A stretch of DNA of 7,802 bases from Naegleria gruberi (lineage: Eukaryota), in NCBI GenBank assembly GCA_000004985.1, contig GG739105.1; one strand, given 5' to 3'. This document shows, piece after piece, positions 6,915-7,802 of the stretch. The first letter of the stretch is position 1. Each line of letters opens with the position of its first letter. A program made the translations under genes and the position numbers. The notes beneath the pieces are model-generated. The model had not been told where the DNA came from, ran no database searches, and saw only the letters and a list, made by a program, of their open reading frames with translations.

Positions 6915-7802
6915 ATGGATGGAGCCTTGGTTGTTTTTAAAGGCGTAGAAGAGCCACAGTTGCACAATAGTTTTGGGTTTTTAAAAGGCTTCAGGGATAC
7001 GGTAACCGTTAGCGTATTCATTCCGAAGTTAACTCCACAAGAAGCAGTGGAAAACTTTGCTGTTGTCTTCAGAGAATACAATCCTGAGAAGAAGACAATT
7101 TCATCCAAAACACAACAAACACTTCAGTATCCCTTTACAAGGTCAATCTTCTCCCCAAAAGAAGAAATAATTGATTTCGAATTTCAAGATAATTTCTGGT
7201 TTAAACGAGATGATATTCCCGATATTAAATTTTATTATGCAAAGGCAACATTCAAATTGGCAAAACTAAAATTGAAGGAAAAGAAATTCTATGATGTTTC
7301 AATCAAGTCTGGAAAAAACTATTATCACAAATATTACATAATGATGGGACGACAGGAAGAATTTTCATGGACAAATTTTGCAGAAAGTTCAACGGCTAAC
7401 AAATCTGTAACGTTCTTTTTTGAAACTTTATTGATGAAACTCGAAGATATGGCAAAAGCACAGGAGTTAACAATGATATTATATTCAAAAATGATAATGG
7501 AGAGAAATGATACACACACATTCATCGCACAAATGGTTGCTGATGGAGCAAAGATAAAGTTTGAAAATATCACAGCCAGTCATTTAGAAAAGAGCCCTCC
7601 AGATTTATTAAATCAGTTATCTGGTGACCCATTTTACTTGATAGAATATTTATTAGATAGGACAGAGTTAGGTAGCAGAAAACAGTTTATTGAAAAGGTG
7701 TTAGATACTGACAGGGACCTGTGGTCATTAGTCCCACCTGAAATTTTTGATGCTATCAAACCCTCTCAAAAATCGTTAGCTGATGCTATCAATTTTATTG
7801 GG
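6915..7802 (+). CDS. 3'-truncated gene of unknown function. 296 codons from ATG 6915 to the window edge with no stop. It is not in the supplied ORF track because it never terminates inside the window.
   Basis: I translated it manually: MDGALVVFKGVEEPQLHNSFGFLKGF...SLADAINFIG, with no stop in 888 nt of 30% GC DNA. The upstream in-frame stop TGA is at 6807..6809 and the first ATG is at 6915. A TATAAAA lies at 6879..6885, about 30 nt upstream. No Walker A, BTB, Crinkler LFLAK/HVLVVVP or other signature is recognisable. Confidence 0.7.
   Translation, partial: MDGALVVFKGVEEPQLHNSFGFLKGFRDTVTVSVFIPKLTPQEAVENFAVVFREYNPEKKTISSKTQQTLQYPFTRSIFSPKEEIIDFEFQDNFWFKRDDIPDIKFYYAKATFKLAKLKLKEKKFYDVSIKSGKNYYHKYYIMMGRQEEFSWTNFAESSTANKSVTFFFETLLMKLEDMAKAQELTMILYSKMIMERNDTHTFIAQMVADGAKIKFENITASHLEKSPPDLLNQLSGDPFYLIEYLLDRTELGSRKQFIEKVLDTDRDLWSLVPPEIFDAIKPSQKSLADAINFIG

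Noticed and set aside
5967-7573. Small ORFs 5967..6224+, 6077..6283-, 6460..6684+, 6750..6965-, 6896..7108-, 7334..7573-.
   Set aside because: Each overlaps, or is antisense to, a much longer frame that explains the region better: the 251-aa minus ORF or the 296-codon plus ORF. The ORF 6750..6965- would also overlap the divergent promoter and the plus-gene ATG.
6915-7802. I considered calling the plus-strand gene a Crinkler (CRN)-like effector: a beta-rich N-terminus, and a WSLVPP stretch reminiscent of the HVLVVVP recombination motif.
   Set aside because: There is no LxLFLAK motif. The LVPP stretch sits about 270 residues in rather than 110-130. The overall similarity is only impressionistic, so I leave it as unknown function.
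1-7802. Scan for tRNA/rRNA, CRISPR arrays and tandem repeats.
   Set aside because: I see no GGTTCGAnTCC-type T-arm contexts or cloverleaf candidates, and no direct-repeat/spacer arrays. Only short microsatellite-like runs occur: tgttgttgtt at about 2653, ggtggtggtgg at about 6766, and A/T homopolymers at 2721..2740 and 5868..5877. None is significant.

Overview
This 7.8-kb window is AT-rich (about 30% GC by sampling). It contains a 912-nt run of N (1443..2354), which is a scaffold gap. The codon composition, the fungal-type Zn2Cys6 motif and AATAAA/TATA-like signals point to a fungal nuclear genome. The main feature is an intronless 3.1-kb open frame on the minus strand (2759..5884). Its central part carries the three conserved blocks I associate with EnSpm/CACTA-superfamily transposases (Transposase_21 / TnpD-like, the group that includes fungal Plavaka/KDZ-type elements): a DG block, a TD-x16-CPYC block and a DxxH block. 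Its C-terminus is a complete small transcription-factor module: a basic NLS, a canonical Zn2Cys6 cluster (CX2CX6CX5CX2CX6C) and an acidic-hydrophobic tail. The open frame has no ATG for its first 78 codons. A co-oriented 251-aa ORF (5982..6737, true ATG) sits 97 nt upstream, so the two may be exons of one gene or the two genes of a DNA transposon. A divergent plus-strand gene of unknown function starts at 6915 and runs off the right edge (296 codons, no stop). It is missing from the ORF track because it has no stop in the window. A minus-strand coding fragment (1274..1442) abuts the gap. I see no tRNA, rRNA or CRISPR, and no convincing terminal inverted repeats. Several track ORFs are artefacts: they span the N run, are antisense to real genes, or begin at GTG/TTG that the track prints as M.
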